Shown: in pieces, positions 9,663-18,919 of the stretch
Position numbering within the stretch: the stretch's first letter is position 1
Layout: the number at the start of each line of letters is the position of its first letter
IMG/VR virus record: IMGVR_UViG_3300038675_000850
Location: 1-54,849 of that record
Reading direction: 5' to 3' (one strand)
DNA from: a virus
Lineage: Duplodnaviria > Caudoviricetes
Length of the DNA: 54,849 nucleotides
The notes under the pieces: model-generated
The model's input: only the letters and a program-made list of their open reading frames with translations
What the model was told of the DNA's origin: nothing
Database searches by the model: none
Position numbers and translations under genes: made by a program

Positions 9663-12271
9663 AAACACTCCTCCAGTTCTTTTAATTTTGTTTTTGCAAG
9701 ATCATCAATGGGAAATTTCTGCAAGTAGATCTTATAAGCTTCCACTGCTTTTTTGATATTCCCCATTCTTGAAAACAACTCACCAAGATTCCTCCAGAAA
9801 TACTGGTAGTCTTCATTATTTATGAGAAACACACTCATCTCATAAGCTCCGCGTTGAACGTCATCTTCAATTAGCACCAGATTTCTTTCAAATTCAAATC
9901 TTTTGTTTTCAGGGAATTTTTTGACCAGCTTATCATAAGCTTCAAGAGACTGCTTTGATTCTCCTGAATAATGAAGCCCTGTAGCCAATCCCCACAGAGC
10001 ATCAGGTCTGTCCGGGAATATAGTGATGGCTTCTTTCAGAAGGTCAAGAGCTTTTTTGAAATCTTTTTGCTCCCGTCCTTCACTCTGGGCCATGAATACA
10101 AGCTCCCGGTATTCAATTTCTTTTTCTCTTAAAGCCATTTCTTCTTGGGCCGTACTGATACTGAGAATTTTCAAATACAAGCATTGATCAAAGATCTCTG
10201 CTGTTTGTTCTCTGATGGAAGGATCCCCTGCTTTACTTTCTATTATAGCCAGGCAATCCAGATAAGGTCTTGCCCAGTTTCCCTTGTCCAGATAGGTCTG
10301 AGCATCCTTTATTGAAGGCTGGTAATCAGTCTTTTCATAGAAGACCTCCCAGTTACCAGTCTCTTTAAACTCCTTGAAAACATCCATTGTCTTTTTGTAG
10401 CAGATGAGTAGCTCTTCTGCGGCGGTCTTTGCTGACATCAGGATTAGTTCATTTCTTCTGAGTCTTGTATGCATGTCTTTTCTGTTACTGAGGATATGTT
10501 CCTTCTTGCCATTGACCTTCAGCTCTTTAGATTGGATCTGTCTGGAAGCCCCGTATATGTAAAGCTTGATCAGGGAATTTTTATCACAGAGCGCATTGGC
10601 TTTGTTGGATAATTCTTCATTTTCTTTGAGCAGTTTCTCCACTTCCGCTCTTTGTTTTTTGGCAGAGAGGTGAGAAAGCTTTCTGTTGGTTTCAAGAGCT
10701 TTAATACAGGTATCAATAATTTCCTGAAGTAGATCAATTTCTTCTCCTCCTATCCTCTCAGCTTTATTTATATCTTCCACCCAGTCTTTTCTGAGGCTGG
10801 AACACAAAGCTTTGACTTCTGTTTTGTCTATCTCTTGATTTTTAAGAGCTCGGTAATCTCTGAGAGCCTTGACTAAAGCCATCTGTCTTGCTTCCGGGAT
10901 CCTTGCTCCTCCTTCCGTGGCATTTATTACAGTTACCCCTTGGGCTTTTGCTCTCTTTATTATGCTTTCAAAAGCAGTGATGAAAGAAGCAAGACCGATA
11001 TTAGTCAATACCGGTTCCCCCATATATCCAGGGACGGTTATGGCAGGTCCCATCGAATGTTCCATTAGATTGAGAGTGGGACTTCTGGGGTCCTTCACTC
11101 TCCATTTGATCTCATCCTTTTCCACAACCACCTCTCCTGAGGAGTCAGCATTTGGATTGTGGGAAAGCCCATCAGACAAAGCCAAATCAGAACCCACCAT
11201 TATGATTGGATTGCATCCCAGATGCAGAGCAAAGCTCATAGTGAAATGGGCCACTGATCCTCCTTGCTCTAAAGCTCCCCTGTCAGAGAGAATACCTGCA
11301 AGAGTGTCTTCAAACCCTGGATTGATCGTGGCTGATATTATCTTTGGTCCCTGCCATTGCTTCAGAAGAGGGGCATATGTTCTGTTCAGAGCTACCAGGG
11401 GAACCCCACAGTCCATAAGCCCTGTATAATGAGTCATGTTGACCTCCCCAAAGTCAACAGTACAGATAAAGTCAGGCTCTATGCCATAAGCAAGCAGAAT
11501 ACGGAGAGCCTGACCCACTGCTATGATGATAACACGATCAGTCATGTCTTGAAGTTGATGGATATTCTTCTGCAATGAAGGACCGGTACATACCATCACA
11601 GCTGGCTTTCCTTTGTAGATGTCTTTGAACTCGTCAATCCCCCGATGACGAATGACATAAGGTAGATTTTCAATGTCATTCTTGGCTATCTGCCCTCCTG
11701 CCATGGCCACAGTCCCAGAATTACATTTCAGATGATTGATATGTTCCTGGGTCTTCTGAATTGGGACTCCATAGACCGATGGCTTTAACATGGCATACTT
11801 TTCAATGAACATGATCCAGTCATTTATAAAGAAGCTACCTTCCAGCTGGGTGAGAAGAGACAAAAGCTCATCTGGTTTACTCTGAGACACTATCATCAGA
11901 GATCCATCTGACAGATATTTACTGACGTCATAATTCTCAAGAGCAAATTTCAGGATGGTCGTCTCTGGTTCAAAGACCACCACAGAATGCTCTTTCTTTT
12001 TTCTTCTGCAGACCATACTCATCAGCTGTCCTGTACCTGCTCCAAATATGATCGTGGCTTCGTCTTTATGAAAAGGATATTTTGGGACGTCGTTTTCCGG
12101 CTTTCCATCTATGAATTCCCGGACAATCTGCCCCCCATCCGCATGCGCAAGGAAACCATCTTGTTCTATGGAAACCCAAGAGGAATCAAGCTTGGCGTCT
12201 TTTAGTATCTCTGCCAGAAAGGAGTGGTTGTCTTTCATGGCTGAGAGATTCCTTGAGAATATTTTATTCAT
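9659..12271 (-). CDS. Maf-family (DUF115/MAF_flag10) nonulosonate glycosyltransferase-like protein with C-terminal TPRs
   Basis: IFGAGTG N-domain; KPAVMVCTGPSLQKNI, GIEPDFICTVD, GGSVAH, LGCNPIIMVGSDLA, VINATEGGARI motifs; TPR-like helices at the C-terminus. Confidence 0.85.
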   Translation of the reverse strand: MNKIFSRNLSAMKDNHSFLAEILKDAKLDSSWVSIEQDGFLAHADGGQIVREFIDGKPENDVPKYPFHKDEATIIFGAGTGQLMSMVCRRKKKEHSVVVFEPETTILKFALENYDVSKYLSDGSLMIVSQSKPDELLSLLTQLEGSFFINDWIMFIEKYAMLKPSVYGVPIQKTQEHINHLKCNSGTVAMAGGQIAKNDIENLPYVIRHRGIDEFKDIYKGKPAVMVCTGPSLQKNIHQLQDMTDRVIIIAVGQALRILLAYGIEPDFICTVDFGEVNMTHYTGLMDCGVPLVALNRTYAPLLKQWQGPKIISATINPGFEDTLAGILSDRGALEQGGSVAHFTMSFALHLGCNPIIMVGSDLALSDGLSHNPNADSSGEVVVEKDEIKWRVKDPRSPTLNLMEHSMGPAITVPGYMGEPVLTNIGLASFITAFESIIKRAKAQGVTVINATEGGARIPEARQMALVKALRDYRALKNQEIDKTEVKALCSSLRKDWVEDINKAERIGGEEIDLLQEIIDTCIKALETNRKLSHLSAKKQRAEVEKLLKENEELSNKANALCDKNSLIKLYIYGASRQIQSKELKVNGKKEHILSNRKDMHTRLRRNELILMSAKTAAEELLICYKKTMDVFKEFKETGNWEVFYEKTDYQPSIKDAQTYLDKGNWARPYLDCLAIIESKAGDPSIREQTAEIFDQCLYLKILSISTAQEEMALREKEIEYRELVFMAQSEGREQKDFKKALDLLKEAITIFPDRPDALWGLATGLHYSGESKQSLEAYDKLVKKFPENKRFEFERNLVLIEDDVQRGAYEMSVFLINNEDYQYFWRNLGELFSRMGNIKKAVEAYKIYLQKFPIDDLAKTKLKELEECL

Positions 12272-12446
12272 TGGCAAGCTCCTCTGTCAGTTCAGAAATT
12301 TTTATATCGTTGGATCTTATCTTCTTGAGTAGTCTTTTTGCTTCTACAGGAGCATGCTTGACTGCAAGTTTTAAGATTCCCATCCAGAGAGTATTGTTCT
12401 TCTCCCTGATCTTTTGGATCTCTCCGATTATTTCGTAATCATTCAT
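12264..12446 (-). CDS. Small helical hypothetical protein in the sugar cluster
   Basis: 60 aa ORF overlapping both neighbours by a few bases. Confidence 0.6.
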   Translation of the reverse strand: MNDYEIIGEIQKIREKNNTLWMGILKLAVKHAPVEAKRLLKKIRSNDIKISELTEELANE

Positions 12447-13047
12447 TTCCTTTCCACTCCTGTTTTAATATAGCATACTCAAATATATCGACATACTTTC
12501 CATTTAGAAACTGAGCTTCTTTGAAAGCAGCTTCAAACATCATACCGTTCTTTTCTGCGTTCCTCTGCATTCCGATATTGGTGGCGGCAGTTCCTGTCCA
12601 GACTCGATGCATGTTGAGTTTACAGAAAGCATGCTCAATGAGCTTCCCCAGGACCACTGTACCAAGTCCCATTCCATGATAGGATGTTTCTCCTATGGTA
12701 ATTGCATACTCTGCAGAGCGGTTGATCCAGTTTATTGATTGAAGAGAGGCATTCCCCACATGGATTTTTTTAACTGCTTCACCATAACCAACATAGGACT
12801 GTTCAACGGCTACTATGGCGAAGACGATTTTTTCTGTCCCTTCATTCAGAGAATCAAGAAAGGCTTCTTTCTTTTTTTCTGTGTAGGGGAAAAGTCCATG
12901 ACTGTTGTTCTTGGTGACTTCAGGATCATTAAACCATTCAAGGTACCTGGACGACACTGAAGGGTCATTCAAGAATTCTTTTGTGAAAGGCATAAGCTGA
13001 AATCTGGTCTTTTTAACTTCAAATTCATAAAACGCTGATGTTATCAT
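12439..13047 (-). CDS. GNAT (RimJ/RimL-type) N-acetyltransferase, PseH-like
   Basis: YLEWFNDPEV, HVGNASL, YHGMGLG acetyl-CoA motif, LNMHRVW; adjacent to pseB. Confidence 0.75.
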   Translation of the reverse strand: MITSAFYEFEVKKTRFQLMPFTKEFLNDPSVSSRYLEWFNDPEVTKNNSHGLFPYTEKKKEAFLDSLNEGTEKIVFAIVAVEQSYVGYGEAVKKIHVGNASLQSINWINRSAEYAITIGETSYHGMGLGTVVLGKLIEHAFCKLNMHRVWTGTAATNIGMQRNAEKNGMMFEAAFKEAQFLNGKYVDIFEYAILKQEWKGNE

Positions 13048-14048
13048 TCTTCCTTCTCTACTCCAGCCCAGGGTTCAAACTCTCCTGTGGAGATATAATT
13101 TGATATTGACTCACTGTCTGAATAAGTCCAAGAGTTATTGTCACTTGAATACTTCCAACGATTTTCTGATACTGATACTGATACAGGATCCTTCCTTATC
13201 ACAAAATGCCATGGAAAGGCCTCAGTAAATTCTGACTCTTCATAGGTAATCAAGATCTCATGAAGTTTCTCCCCTGGACGAATTCCTGTAACTTTGATTT
13301 TGGCTTCAGGAGCCAGTGCTTTTATCAAGTTCACTATTCTGATGGAGGGCATTTTAGAAATGAATATTTCCCCTCCTTCCATTTTGGTGAGATGGTCAAT
13401 GATAAAATCTGCCACTTTTGGTAGATGAATAAAGAATCTGGACATGGCCTCATGAGTCAAAGTCACTTCTCCTGTTTTTGCCTGCTCCAGAATCAACGGG
13501 ATTATAGATCCTCTACTTGCTATGACATTGCCATAGCGACAGCAGCTGAAAAGAGTTCTTCCAGGACTGTAGACATTAGCCTGCATGAAGAGTTTTTCCG
13601 CTACGGTCTTTGTGGCCCCGTAAAGATTGACCGGATATACTGCTTTGTCAGTGCTGATATGCATGACCTTGTGGACCTTGTTATCTATGGCAGCATCAAT
13701 GATATTGATTGCCCCATCAATATTGGTCTTGATAGCTTCTATTGGGTTGTACTCACATGCCGGAACCTGTTTCATAGCCGCGGCATTTATGACTATATTA
13801 ACTCCATTCATAGCCCTTGAAAGGCGGTTCTTGTCCCGGACATCCCCGATAAGAAAAGATACCGGAGCTCCTGGGAAATCTTTTTCAATGATCTGTTTGA
13901 GCTCCCACTGCTTGAACTCGTCTCTTGAGTAGATACGAATGCCAACCGGATTCCAATCGGTTAAAAGCTGGGAGATTAAGGTCTTCCCAAGACTACCGGT
14001 TCCTCCTGTTATAAGAATTTCAGCTCTTTTTATTTCTGAGTTTATCAT
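13044..14048 (-). CDS. pseB: UDP-GlcNAc 4,6-dehydratase (inverting), PseB/FlaA1
   Basis: GGTGSLG, YSRDEFKQ, KQVPACEYNP, STDKA..P.NLYGATK, RYGNV..SRGS, GIRPGEKLHE. Confidence 0.9.
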   Translation of the reverse strand: MINSEIKRAEILITGGTGSLGKTLISQLLTDWNPVGIRIYSRDEFKQWELKQIIEKDFPGAPVSFLIGDVRDKNRLSRAMNGVNIVINAAAMKQVPACEYNPIEAIKTNIDGAINIIDAAIDNKVHKVMHISTDKAVYPVNLYGATKTVAEKLFMQANVYSPGRTLFSCCRYGNVIASRGSIIPLILEQAKTGEVTLTHEAMSRFFIHLPKVADFIIDHLTKMEGGEIFISKMPSIRIVNLIKALAPEAKIKVTGIRPGEKLHEILITYEESEFTEAFPWHFVIRKDPVSVSVSENRWKYSSDNNSWTYSDSESISNYISTGEFEPWAGVEKEE

Positions 14049-14869
14049 TTCCTCAACTCCTTGTATGGTCTCATTCCATCTTCCGGATCAGACCTCATTT
14101 TTCTGACTTCATCTCTTGGGTGGTAGAAACTCATTGCGGCTTCGAGAGTTTCAAGAGTCTCCATAAGTACCTTTGCTTGTGAAGGGGTCCAACAGTGACC
14201 ATGCTTTGATTCCCAGCCAGCTCCATCAGACAAATCAATATGGATCTCTATATATTTTGCACCCATTGCTACCGCCCCCAGAATAACAGGGATCTTGACA
14301 CTGTGGTCAGAATACCCAACATCATACGAAAATTCTCCCTTGAGAAAGCCTATGGTATGTAAGTTGATATGATCCACCGGAGCAGGATACTCAGGACAGC
14401 AGTGATAAATGACTGTGGGTATTTCTCTTCTGTAAGTCAGAGAAACTACTCTGATAATCTCTTCCCCAGTAGCTCCTCCTGTGGAAAGATGAAGTGGAAT
14501 TTTCATTGAAGCTGCTTTCTTGATAAGTTTTTTCTTGGTAAATTCGGATGAAGATATCTTCAGAAAATCTACTCCTATCTCATTAACCAAGAACTCAACA
14601 TCAGCTTCGTGAAAAACAGAGCATCCAAGAAGGACACCAAGAGTGGAGCAGGCCCTTCTGACCTCTTTAAGAAAAGTTGTATCTATCTCCGTCTTTCTCA
14701 GATCCTCCGGAATATTGCCGGGGGCGTAAAGCATATCTGCTTTATAATACTGAAATTTAACTGCGGAGAATCCCAGCTTTACCGCGGTGCTTATGAGAGC
14801 TTTAGCTCTGTCAATACTTTGATTGTGATTGCTTCCTATATCAGCAATAAGAGCAGTACGTACAAACAT
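14045..14869 (-). CDS. NeuB/PseI-family nonulosonic acid synthase (short, no SAF domain)
   Basis: IADIGSNHNQ, AVKFQ, LKISS, LSTG, HCCPEYPAP, VGYSDHS. Confidence 0.85.
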   Translation of the reverse strand: MFVRTALIADIGSNHNQSIDRAKALISTAVKLGFSAVKFQYYKADMLYAPGNIPEDLRKTEIDTTFLKEVRRACSTLGVLLGCSVFHEADVEFLVNEIGVDFLKISSSEFTKKKLIKKAASMKIPLHLSTGGATGEEIIRVVSLTYRREIPTVIYHCCPEYPAPVDHINLHTIGFLKGEFSYDVGYSDHSVKIPVILGAVAMGAKYIEIHIDLSDGAGWESKHGHCWTPSQAKVLMETLETLEAAMSFYHPRDEVRKMRSDPEDGMRPYKELRK

Positions 14870-14879
14870 ATTTCCTCCT

Positions 14880-16220
14880 TTAAAATCCTTTGAACATTGA
14901 TCTGGAAACTGGATTGATCAACTCACCAATATTTTTAGTGACCTTGGCAAACGCCTCTGCAATAATTTCTACATGACGAAAATCAAGGGGCAGATTGTGA
15001 TACATGGAATGAAAGAAAGTATTCTCCCATAAATCCATAACTGCCGGAAAATGAACGTCAGATATTCCTCTCTTTTCAAAAATAGGCATCTTGAAAAGAG
15101 GCTTGATATATCCACAGCCCAGCATAGGACGCTCAGATCTGGATTTCTCACCGGTCAGCTCTGCTTGCACGGCTCTGATGAACCTATCTCTTGTCACGGG
15201 GGCTTTTTTGCTGAAGTAGAACGGCTGAACATAAAAAGAGTGAATGTCTGAATGGGTTTCATCGGAAGTCAGTCCAAGCTGTGGGAAAGAGGTTTCTGCA
15301 GAGGTTATCCAGGGGCAGGCATTTTCAATCTCTTTTTTGAGATTCTCTGCCAGTACAATTCTTGAATTTATAATTTCAATAAATTCTGAAGTGTCTTCTA
15401 TGATGGAATGAAGAATCAAGGCATTGATTTCCGTCATTCTCATATTGAACCCAGGGAGACCTCTTACAGAATGAGATAACCGAGCCTGCAGATAGTCTGG
15501 CATTGCTGATATGACTGACTCTGAATGGTTCCTCAGGAGCGCACATCGCATGGCAAGCTCTTCATTATTGGTTGTGATCATTCCCCCCTCACCACAAGAA
15601 AGATGCTTTCCTTGCGTGAAGCTGAAGCATCCTATATCCCCCAGAGTTCCAGTGAACTGGTTATCTCTTTTTGCCCCCGGAGCTTGCGCGGCGTCTTCAA
15701 TGATCCATAGCCCATGAGCATCCGCCACCTCCCTGAGTTCTTTGAGGAAAGCTTTTCCAAAAAGATCCACCACGATGATCCCTTTGGTCTTTGAAGTTAT
15801 TTTGCTTTTGACTGATACGGGATCCAATATAAATGTTTTCGGATCCAGATCCGCAAACACTGGAACTCCTCCCCAGACCATGGGAGCTGTGGCCGAGCAG
15901 GACATTGACCATGGAGTAACTATCACCTCATCCCTTGGGGACACCCCCAGAGCCCCACAGGCGATCTGAAGTGCTGATGTGCACGAGTTTACAGCCAGGG
16001 CATACGAGACTCCAAAAAGCTCCTGCCACCTTTCTTCCAGAGCATTGACTTGTTCTCCCCCCCAGAACTCCTTGATCCAGTTTCCCCGGTAATTTGATAG
16101 AAGCTTTCTGTTGGACATAAACTCATAGACTTTGTCCGCTTCATTCTTTGTGTAAGAGATCTGGTCAGGGAAAGGGGTACTTCTGACTTTCTTCCCACCA
16201 TTGATTGCTAATTTATTCAT
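14880..16220 (-). CDS. DegT/DnrJ PLP-dependent sugar aminotransferase, PseC-like
   Basis: MNKLAINGG, NSCTSAL, EDAAQA, FSFTQGKHLSCGEGGM (PLP lysine), GFNMRMTE. Confidence 0.9.
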   Translation of the reverse strand: MNKLAINGGKKVRSTPFPDQISYTKNEADKVYEFMSNRKLLSNYRGNWIKEFWGGEQVNALEERWQELFGVSYALAVNSCTSALQIACGALGVSPRDEVIVTPWSMSCSATAPMVWGGVPVFADLDPKTFILDPVSVKSKITSKTKGIIVVDLFGKAFLKELREVADAHGLWIIEDAAQAPGAKRDNQFTGTLGDIGCFSFTQGKHLSCGEGGMITTNNEELAMRCALLRNHSESVISAMPDYLQARLSHSVRGLPGFNMRMTEINALILHSIIEDTSEFIEIINSRIVLAENLKKEIENACPWITSAETSFPQLGLTSDETHSDIHSFYVQPFYFSKKAPVTRDRFIRAVQAELTGEKSRSERPMLGCGYIKPLFKMPIFEKRGISDVHFPAVMDLWENTFFHSMYHNLPLDFRHVEIIAEAFAKVTKNIGELINPVSRSMFKGF

Positions 16221-17253
16221 GTATTTTTCTCCTTTCATTTTGATACATTTCAATTACACCATGAACTTCCAGAGCTTCTCTTCCTGAACAGAATATGGCT
16301 CTGCTTTCCTGTCCGGTATCAAGAATAATAACAGCCTGAGTTATCAGATTATCAAGAGCGGTAGTCAGCTCAGTGTAGAATTTCAGAGGCTCTGTAGAAA
16401 GAGTCAGATAATCACCGTAGGTTTTTTCCTTCTCTTTATGATGGACATTGAGTCTCTTTCCATGATCGATCCAAGATATCTTCCCATCTGAAGTCATGAG
16501 AGTTATTTCAAATATCGCGAACTGCCTTCCATCAGCAGGGAGATAAACAACCGGAGCTCTGTTATGTTCGCAAATTATCATCCGAGTCGGGTCATAAATC
16601 TCTCGATCGTTTATTTCATGACCTTCACCACAAATAGTCACCTTCTTACATGGTCCAAGAAGATAGTTCATCAGATCAATAGCATGACAAGCTTCATGAA
16701 TGAAGCCTCTGGTATAGGTCACAGTAGCGTGATATATATGCTCTCGTCGGATTGCCTGTTTAATAGTTTCGACAGAAGAATCGTATCTCCTTATATAATC
16801 CACCATCAAGGTTATGTTATTAGTATTACATAGATGATGAATGATGGAGGCCTCACCTTGATTATTGCAAAATGGTTTTTCTGCAATGATGATTCTCGGG
16901 TTTATTTCTGTGATAACCTCTGCAAGAACTTCATAATGAGTAGAAGTAGGGGTGCAGACTGCCACGATGTCTACAAGATCCATATTGATATGTTTTTTAG
17001 CCATATCTATGGAGTAGAAAGTAGAGGTGTTCCATTTCCTTCCGGCAAGAGCACATTTCTCATGATCCACATCAATTATGGCCATCAGATTGATTTGTTT
17101 ATTATTGACCGCCGCATGAGCAATGGTTAAGGTATTTTTTGTTTTTGGAGAATCGTATTTATCATACTTGAGAGCTCCAATGCTCCCCGCCCCAATAATG
17201 ATCATGTTATAAACATGCTTGCATTGCTTGTCTTTCTTTTTAAATAGATTCAT
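16213..17253 (-). CDS. Gfo/Idh/MocA-family NAD-dependent oxidoreductase
   Basis: IIGAGSIG Rossmann motif, CTPTSTH, AEKPFC, YIRRY, HAIDL. Confidence 0.85.
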   Translation of the reverse strand: MNLFKKKDKQCKHVYNMIIIGAGSIGALKYDKYDSPKTKNTLTIAHAAVNNKQINLMAIIDVDHEKCALAGRKWNTSTFYSIDMAKKHINMDLVDIVAVCTPTSTHYEVLAEVITEINPRIIIAEKPFCNNQGEASIIHHLCNTNNITLMVDYIRRYDSSVETIKQAIRREHIYHATVTYTRGFIHEACHAIDLMNYLLGPCKKVTICGEGHEINDREIYDPTRMIICEHNRAPVVYLPADGRQFAIFEITLMTSDGKISWIDHGKRLNVHHKEKEKTYGDYLTLSTEPLKFYTELTTALDNLITQAVIILDTGQESRAIFCSGREALEVHGVIEMYQNERRKIHE

Positions 17254-17510
17254 TTACCCTCCTTCTCTGCGGCCTCTATGGCCTGACGTATTATTCCCGG
17301 AGTTTTATGCGCCGCATCAGGCGTGTCGGGGTCCGGCATCCTGATATATCCGAACATGATACCATTTGTAATAAATGTGTCTGCTACTTTCAACGCCTCC
17401 AGCATCTGATCCTTCACGGGGTCGGATTCACGTTTCCCCCTCAGCCACCCATCTACATAAGCCACATTTGCCATTTGCTTTTCTGTTATTTCTCTCGGTT
17501 TATCACTCAT
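17250..17510 (-). CDS. Hypothetical cassette protein (DPVKDQMLEALK...EAAEKEG family)
   Basis: Shares DNA and peptide blocks with ORFs at 38535-39147. Confidence 0.65.
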   Translation of the reverse strand: MSDKPREITEKQMANVAYVDGWLRGKRESDPVKDQMLEALKVADTFITNGIMFGYIRMPDPDTPDAAHKTPGIIRQAIEAAEKEGK

Positions 17511-17704
17511 CCCTTTCCTCCCCTCACCGCCTCGGCGATGTAAAATGTATTTGTTGCTTTTTCGTAGCCTGTTGAGTGGCCTGTCGTTTTACAGTGATGT
17601 CTGCACGCCTGTTGAGTCTGCCGCAAAGTCTTTCGGCTCAAATCGTCTGAACAGACAGTGCAATATCCAAGCCAATGAATTACCCCATGATTTTCAGTTT
17701 TCAT
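17507..17704 (-). CDS. Small Zn-binding hypothetical cassette protein
   Basis: CTVC...HHC..TGH; ends AEAVRGGKG, like 39144-39458. Confidence 0.6.
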   Translation of the reverse strand: MKTENHGVIHWLGYCTVCSDDLSRKTLRQTQQACRHHCKTTGHSTGYEKATNTFYIAEAVRGGKG

Positions 17705-17878
17705 TTCCTCATCGCCTCGGCACGGGCTTTAAAAGTATCTGCTGTTTTTTTGAAATCCTCCATTTCTAAAAGATTTTATCATATCATCAATCAGCTTGTC
17801 ACGCTCGGTCAGTTGTTTAAGTAAATCCTGTTCAACCAGTGTGTTCACTCTTTCGCTATCTCTTTGTACTTTCATCAT
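17701..17878 (-). pseudogene. Frameshifted cassette ORF (ERDKLID...RAEAMRK family)
   Basis: MMKVQ...LTERDKLIDDMIKS stops early; the family ending RAEAMRK continues in another frame after a T4 run near 17768. Confidence 0.5.
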
Positions 17879-18705
17879 CCTTCTCCCGGAGTATTTCTTT
17901 TGACATTCTTGTTATAATTAAGTAGGTCCATATTACTCAGTATCAGATCCATGACCTCAGAAGAGGAAAACAACTCCCCCTTAAAATGCTCAAATATATA
18001 ATTCAAAAGAGCCCAGTCCTCTGTGGTGTCCAAAGTCAGGCCCCAGTCAGGATGAAAATATTTATCCTCTGGAACTGTCATATTAGCTATTTTTATTGCT
18101 TGGGGAAAAAAGGTTCCACAGTAGTTCAAAATGTTCCAGCCGGAATGTCTCCGATGAATTTTATTTGTGACTGCCTGGTTGACTTTTTCCAAGACCGATT
18201 TTTTGTACACTTGAATATCAAAACCGTCTGGATAGCTCCTCACCACTACATTACTGACATAATCAAGATCTGACGCTCTCTGCATTTTGATGAGTTTTGA
18301 AATGTCCCTTGGATCCACCAAGGGGCAGTCAGCAGTGATGTCTACGATAATTGAATCAAGACGTCTCATCATAGAAGAAGCAGTGGTAACTCTTCCTAAA
18401 ACATCATTCTCACTTCCTTTAAAGACTCCCACCTGAAGTTCTTTGACACAAAATTCAGCCAGCTTTTTATCAAGAGGGGTGTCAGGCATAGCCACGATGA
18501 TGGTATCAATTTCATCACAAGCTCTGACTCTATCTACCAGCTGTTGAATGACTATTTTGTTACAGAGAGGGAGCATCACTTTTCCAGGAAGTCGTGAGCT
18601 CCCCATTCTGGCTTGGATGATACATCCTACCTTGTCAAAGTGCTTCAGCTTTCTTGGGTGGCGTGAGTTTTCTTTCTTGTTTTCTTCTTTGGTAAGCTCT
18701 GACAT
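17875..18705 (-). CDS. SpsF/PseF-like CMP-nonulosonate cytidylyltransferase
   Basis: IIQARMGSSRLPGKVM, GSENDVLGR, ITADCPLVDP, YPDGFD, LTLDTTED; GAGGAG RBS. Confidence 0.85.
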   Translation of the reverse strand: MSELTKEENKKENSRHPRKLKHFDKVGCIIQARMGSSRLPGKVMLPLCNKIVIQQLVDRVRACDEIDTIIVAMPDTPLDKKLAEFCVKELQVGVFKGSENDVLGRVTTASSMMRRLDSIIVDITADCPLVDPRDISKLIKMQRASDLDYVSNVVVRSYPDGFDIQVYKKSVLEKVNQAVTNKIHRRHSGWNILNYCGTFFPQAIKIANMTVPEDKYFHPDWGLTLDTTEDWALLNYIFEHFKGELFSSSEVMDLILSNMDLLNYNKNVKRNTPGEG

Positions 18706-18919
18706 GTTTTATATGCTCCTCTTTATGATTATCTTGCCAGTCTCTTCTTTTCTCTCTTGCTTTCTTGAGATTATTCTGATACCAAATTTTCTTTCTCATG
18801 TTATCACATGATTTACAAATAAGCTGAAGCCTGTCCCGGGTAGATGGATGCTTTGAGAATTGATCTCTTGGCTTGTCCTGATGACAGTTACTACATCTCT
18901 TTAACAACTGATTTTCCAT
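18635..18919 (-). CDS. Zn-finger protein (resembles the N-terminal domain of phage HNH proteins, no nuclease domain)
   Basis: KRCSNC...F......D.L...CKSC followed by a basic helix. Confidence 0.6.
   Translation of the reverse strand: MENQLLKRCSNCHQDKPRDQFSKHPSTRDRLQLICKSCDNMRKKIWYQNNLKKAREKRRDWQDNHKEEHIKHVRAYQRRKQERKLTPPKKAEAL

Noticed and set aside
9659-12271. Annotation as 6-hydroxymethylpterin diphosphokinase MptE linked to FolE/QueD
   Set aside because: It shares the DUF115 family, but its size, TPRs and position inside a pse-like cluster favour a Maf glycosyltransferase
18635-18919. HNH homing endonuclease
   Set aside because: Only the Zn-finger and basic helix are present; no HNH catalytic motif
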